From NCBI GenBank assembly GCA_964654465.1, contig CAZZIO010000038.1, positions 1 through 10,779 of the forward strand: a stretch of 10,779 bases of DNA, in the 5' to 3' direction. The notes below the pieces were generated by a model that was given only the letters and a program-made list of their open reading frames with translations, made no database searches and was not told the DNA's origin. Positions 6,782 through 10,779 of the stretch are shown piece by piece (positions within the stretch are counted from its first letter, which is position 1; each line of letters starts with the position of its first letter). Made by a program: the position numbers and the translations under genes. This stretch comes from an uncultured Dictyoglomota bacterium (GTDB lineage Bacteria; Dictyoglomota; Dictyoglomia; Dictyoglomales; Dictyoglomaceae).

Positions 6782-9322
6782 TCACACTTTTTCCTCTTTC
6801 TCAATCTCTATCCCTGCTTGTTTTAGCGTTTCTAATATTTTATCTTCGTAATCAGAAACACTAACTTCTCCATTCTGTGCAGATATCTCAATCTTTACCC
6901 TACACTCATCAAAACGGGCATTCAGATAATTAACGACTTTTACTACATCAGATATTTTCCCTTTGGGAACATCCAATTTAAGGTCTATTTTTTTATATCT
7001 TTTAGAAATAATTTTCCCTTCTTCTTCTCCTATTTGAGATTCTTCTACAGATACTTGATATTCATATAAGGCCTTTTGTTCTTCAACTTTCTGGAATTTA
7101 GGTTCTTCACTTTTAGTTATACAAAGTTCTGGTTTTAAGATTATCTCATTATCTGAAAACTCTGGATATATATTTTCCTTAAAATACTTACATTCGGGTA
7201 TTCCATTTTCAAGATACCCAAGACCAAAGATTCCTTTTTCAACTCCTTCCTTAATACTTTCTTTAAAAATCTCTGAAGACATTATTCTTAGCTCTCCAGG
7301 AGTTTTCCATAAAGACTCAAGTATTTTTCTTGTTTCGACGTATTCTCTATCAGATAGATATTTATTCTTTATCATCGCTGGAGAAAGTTTTTCAAGGATT
7401 TCTTCATCATTTTTAAGTTTGTTATATATCTCGTTAGTTGATTCTCCAAAAGTTTGAATGCCAAGATCTATTTCTTTGAAACCATCCTTTTTAGGTATAA
7501 AAACCTTGCGATAATACTTTCTTAATTCCTCATATAATCTTTTTTCGTGAGTTAAAAGCTTATTTTTTACCTCATTCTTCTGAGCCTCACTCAAATGTAG
7601 GCTTTCATCCCTACTAATAGATCTTAATGCCAACATCCTTCTAACAAACCTATAGAAATTCTCTCTCTGAGTCTCGTCTATACAAAGAAAAATCATTGTA
7701 TTGCAATATACCCTTGGGCTTTCTCCGTGTTTTTCAATAAAATCCCTATCTGGCTCTCTCTTATTCAATACAATCAGTTTTATGTCACTTGTGTCTGGAA
7801 TATCTCTGTGATCTCTGGGCCATATATATTTTTTTGAAAACTGCCTTTCGTTTGAAAGATATTTTTCTATAATCTCTCTTTCTTCCTCTATAATCTCATC
7901 ATTGATTATATTCTCCTCTCTCGTTAACAAGATCTTATTAAGGTTAGGTCGGTTTGTGAAGTATAATCCCTCGTCAGATAAGTAAAACAGATGTTCCCTT
8001 AAATTAGTTATAACTGTATCAATTACAGTACTTGAAAGGTCTGGATGCAATACGCTGAGTTTGAGCTCTTTTATGGTACTACTTCTCTCACCTTTACCCG
8101 AGAAAGATAGCATAAAGATAGTAGTACCTACGACGGTTCCAAGTTGATAGGGTTTATAAGCAGAGCCTATAATATTGTCCACCTTCTTTGCTCCTGAATT
8201 TTGGGAAACTATATCATTAGCGATAATACTATCCCACTCTTGACCTATATGTTTAATCAGCTCCCTTTTTATCTCATTATTTTCAAGATTAAAGTCCCCA
8301 AGGCGAATGAATGGAATATTTTTTCCAAGAAGGTTATGAATAACAAGGGAAAGAAGTCTCAAAACACTTCTTGTTCTCTGAAAGGTTGGAAAGGATCCCC
8401 ATCTTTTATATAAAACATCAATAACTTCCGGTTTGAAAGGATAACTTTTTAAAAACCTTTCTCTGTATTTTACCGCTTCTTCATCTGAAAGTAGTCCTTC
8501 GCTTTTTGCATAATCCACAAATTCATCCACCACTTCTTTTGCTTCCTTTTCATTTATGCTCTGAAAGAGTCTTTTTCTTATTACATACTCAATCTCATCA
8601 TCCTCTACTGGAGTATAGATTTTCTCAGTTCTTCCAGTAATTTTTTGTAATTGTGTAAATAGCTTTTCAGCATTTTCATCGTAATGCTCTAACTCACTTG
8701 AGGGCAGAGTAATAACAAGAAGAGCATTTCCAACAGTAGATACTACTCCAGAAAGTTCCTGAATAAAAGCAAATACCTGAGCAGCAAGATTGGAATCTCC
8801 AACCTTTATACCAGCTGCTTTTGTAGTATATAGAAGGACTTCATCCATAAGAATAAGTACAGGAGAATTCTTTGAAATCAATTCAAAAAGTTTCTCTCTA
8901 CCGGGTGATATATCTCCTTTGGTAATCTCAACTTTTCCTGTTAGCTGTCTCTCAAGTTCCTCCCATAGCCTTGTTTCCTTGATATCAAATTCAGTTCCAT
9001 CTAAAACCACAACCTTCACGTTCCATTCCTTTGCTTTATGGTAAAGGGCAATTAAAGTATGGGTTTTACCTCCGCCAAAGGGTGTCTGGAGCTGAATTAC
9101 TGGATCTCCAGATTTGCCTTCAAGTCGGTTTTTAGCTATCTCAAGAACTTCCCTTAATCCTTTTGTTATATGAGTTTTTCTAAAAAATAGATCCTTGTCC
9201 TGATATTCTGCTTGAGCTATTCCTTTTGCCACCTGCCAGAGGTCTGCTGCAAAAACATCCATGGTAAGACGTCCTTTAAGAATATCTTCATGAGGTTTTG
9301 ATATCTGAGTAAATGGTTTCAT
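6782..9322 (-). CDS. DUF499-family AAA+ ATPase (BrxC-related) of a restriction-like defence locus
   Basis: 846 aa. N-terminal PHEDIL..FAADL, Walker A LQTPFGGGKTH, Walker B LILMDE, SYPFKPE and FQRTRSVLRLL are typical of DUF499. GGAGG RBS at 9334-9330. Adjacent to a DNA methyltransferase. Confidence 0.9.
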   Translation of the reverse strand: MKPFTQISKPHEDILKGRLTMDVFAADLWQVAKGIAQAEYQDKDLFFRKTHITKGLREVLEIAKNRLEGKSGDPVIQLQTPFGGGKTHTLIALYHKAKEWNVKVVVLDGTEFDIKETRLWEELERQLTGKVEITKGDISPGREKLFELISKNSPVLILMDEVLLYTTKAAGIKVGDSNLAAQVFAFIQELSGVVSTVGNALLVITLPSSELEHYDENAEKLFTQLQKITGRTEKIYTPVEDDEIEYVIRKRLFQSINEKEAKEVVDEFVDYAKSEGLLSDEEAVKYRERFLKSYPFKPEVIDVLYKRWGSFPTFQRTRSVLRLLSLVIHNLLGKNIPFIRLGDFNLENNEIKRELIKHIGQEWDSIIANDIVSQNSGAKKVDNIIGSAYKPYQLGTVVGTTIFMLSFSGKGERSSTIKELKLSVLHPDLSSTVIDTVITNLREHLFYLSDEGLYFTNRPNLNKILLTREENIINDEIIEEEREIIEKYLSNERQFSKKYIWPRDHRDIPDTSDIKLIVLNKREPDRDFIEKHGESPRVYCNTMIFLCIDETQRENFYRFVRRMLALRSISRDESLHLSEAQKNEVKNKLLTHEKRLYEELRKYYRKVFIPKKDGFKEIDLGIQTFGESTNEIYNKLKNDEEILEKLSPAMIKNKYLSDREYVETRKILESLWKTPGELRIMSSEIFKESIKEGVEKGIFGLGYLENGIPECKYFKENIYPEFSDNEIILKPELCITKSEEPKFQKVEEQKALYEYQVSVEESQIGEEEGKIISKRYKKIDLKLDVPKGKISDVVKVVNYLNARFDECRVKIEISAQNGEVSVSDYEDKILETLKQAGIEIEKEEKV

Positions 9323-9356
9323 TTTTCATCCTCCCCTATATTTTCTTAATCTATCT

Positions 9357-10616
9357 TTACTTCTTGCTTTGAAAATCTTCATTCAAAAGTTCCCTTTGTA
9401 TCGGTATATCTTTAATCTCATCTATCAGTTTCTCTTTCCCACTTAAAAATCCATCAAGGAGTTTTTTCTCCCTGCTTTCAATAGGCAAAGTCTCTGAAAT
9501 AGCTTGGGCAACTTTATAAAAAATTTCCTTTTTAATGTATCCAGTTTCTTCAAGCACCTTTTTCATGTTCTCTTTCTTACCAGCTTTCCAAAGTAGCAAA
9601 ACATGGTGAAGAACATCAATAAGTTCATATGAACCTTCAAGCTCCTCAAGTTTTCTATCTTGGGGTCCAAGAACCCTTATAAATTCCTTCTCCTTCTTTA
9701 TAAAGCCTTTATTCCAATGTTTCTCAAGATCAATTCCTGTACTCTGGGCAAGCTTTCTTGCATCGTCAAAAGGTACAGTAGCCTCCTCATACGTCCATCT
9801 CCATAGGATGTAAAACCTTGTTAACGGGGTTAGCTCTCCTGCAATGCCATTGTGAAGAATTTGCCTTACTGCATAATCGGTAACAATCTCTCGGACATAC
9901 TCAAGGAGTTTATAAGCCTCAACTATATTTCCTTCATAATCCATTATTTTTTTGTATTTACCAAATATCTCAATGGCAGAGCCAATTGCTGCAATAAAGT
10001 AATCAGCCCCACTTACTCCCTCTTTCCAAAGATGATCCAATTTATTATATACATATTTTTTGATCTCCTCTTTTACCTCATGAAACCATCCTATACCCTC
10101 CTTTTTTGCTTTTCTTGCCACTATATATATGGAGGATGCAAGAGATGCTGTTTCTTTTGCATTAATCCTTGACTTCATCTCGGTATCTATAGGCCAAGAG
10201 GCAGAGGGCACAAGACCAGAATCTAAAAGGGAGTTTATCAAAGTCTCCCAACCTGAGGTAGATTTATGAGTGTACACAATCACACAGATTCCATTAGGCT
10301 TTAATACTCTATATATCTCTTGAAAAGCCTTTTTAAGATTTTCCTCAAAAAATTTCTTTGCATTGATCGAACCACCATGCCTAACAGGATTTGCTACTAT
10401 TTCTTTACTCTTAAGTGTCAAAGGGGTTAAAAATAAATCTGGGTATAAATCCCCTATACTTCTTTTTAACCACACATAGAAAAAGTCTGAAAGTTCAGAA
10501 TAATTTATATTATCATAATAAGGTGGATCAGTAAAAACAGCATCAAAGAAATTATCAGGATAAGGAAGTTCTGTGGCTGATGCTTGAATAACTTTGGGTA
10601 GCAAGAGTTTTTTCAT
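9357..10616 (-). CDS. Amino-DNA methyltransferase, C-terminal half of a DUF1156-type enzyme
   Basis: 419 aa with DAVFTDPPYYDNINYSELSDFFYVWLKR (motif IV), RVLKPNG, WPIDTE and LASSIYIVARK. No FxGxG SAM-binding motif I in this ORF. Own GGAGG RBS at 10628-10624. Confidence 0.88.
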   Translation of the reverse strand: MKKLLLPKVIQASATELPYPDNFFDAVFTDPPYYDNINYSELSDFFYVWLKRSIGDLYPDLFLTPLTLKSKEIVANPVRHGGSINAKKFFEENLKKAFQEIYRVLKPNGICVIVYTHKSTSGWETLINSLLDSGLVPSASWPIDTEMKSRINAKETASLASSIYIVARKAKKEGIGWFHEVKEEIKKYVYNKLDHLWKEGVSGADYFIAAIGSAIEIFGKYKKIMDYEGNIVEAYKLLEYVREIVTDYAVRQILHNGIAGELTPLTRFYILWRWTYEEATVPFDDARKLAQSTGIDLEKHWNKGFIKKEKEFIRVLGPQDRKLEELEGSYELIDVLHHVLLLWKAGKKENMKKVLEETGYIKKEIFYKVAQAISETLPIESREKKLLDGFLSGKEKLIDEIKDIPIQRELLNEDFQSKK

Positions 10617-10672
10617 TCTTTTCCCTCCAAAAGTTCAAAATAAATTTTTTCAAGGGAAGATTTCCGTTTCAT
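10613..10672 (-). pseudogene. 19-aa bridging ORF, probably an in-frame internally deleted HEPN/DUF86 toxin gene
   Basis: MKRKSSLEKIYFELLEGKE*. Its ATG overlaps the MNT stop (ATGA) and its TGA overlaps the methyltransferase ATG (ATGA). It occupies the usual HEPN position. Confidence 0.55.
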
Positions 10673-10779
10673 ACCCTTTCAAGCTCCCTTAATATATCAC
10701 TTTTAATTTCCTCTCTAAGAAGCTTTTCCCTCACAAGGTCAACCTCACAACCAAGAATTTTTTCAAGTTCATCCCACAA
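10669..10779 (-). CDS. Minimal nucleotidyltransferase (MNT/MntA-like antitoxin), C-terminal part; start lies outside the window
   Basis: Reads LWDELEKILGCEVDLVREKLLREEIKSDILRELERV*, matching the MNT C-terminal LExxLGxxVDLV...L...I pattern. Confidence 0.8.
   Translation of the reverse strand: MWDELEKILGCEVDLVREKLLREEIKSDILRELERV

Noticed and set aside
8201-10172. Plus-strand ORFs 8201-8413, 8790-9044 and 9852-10172
   Set aside because: Antisense shadows of the ATPase and methyltransferase genes.

Overview
AT-rich bacterial window; protein composition suggests an anaerobic thermophile (inference only). Left: the 3' part of a GT2 glycosyltransferase overlapping a divergent PlsY-family acyltransferase, then ~790 bp of decayed sequence. 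Centre: an intact, translationally coupled three-gene operon with its own extended -10 promoter. It encodes an opine (octopine/nopaline) dehydrogenase-family enzyme, a 543-aa protein with an N-terminal His-on cobalamin-binding domain and no radical-SAM motif, and an atypical D-Ala-D-Ala-ligase-like ATP-grasp enzyme; this is a candidate uncharacterised B12-dependent amino-acid/opine/peptide pathway. After it come a solitary 29-bp type I-B-like CRISPR repeat and ~900 bp of gene fragments, including a nitroreductase N-terminus. Right (minus strand): the end of a DUF499 ATPase / DUF1156-type DNA methyltransferase restriction-like locus. The methyltransferase ORF is only the C-terminal DPPY half and is preceded by an MNT nucleotidyltransferase and a 19-aa bridging ORF that looks like an internally deleted HEPN toxin. 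All family assignments are from motif recognition by eye, not database searches.
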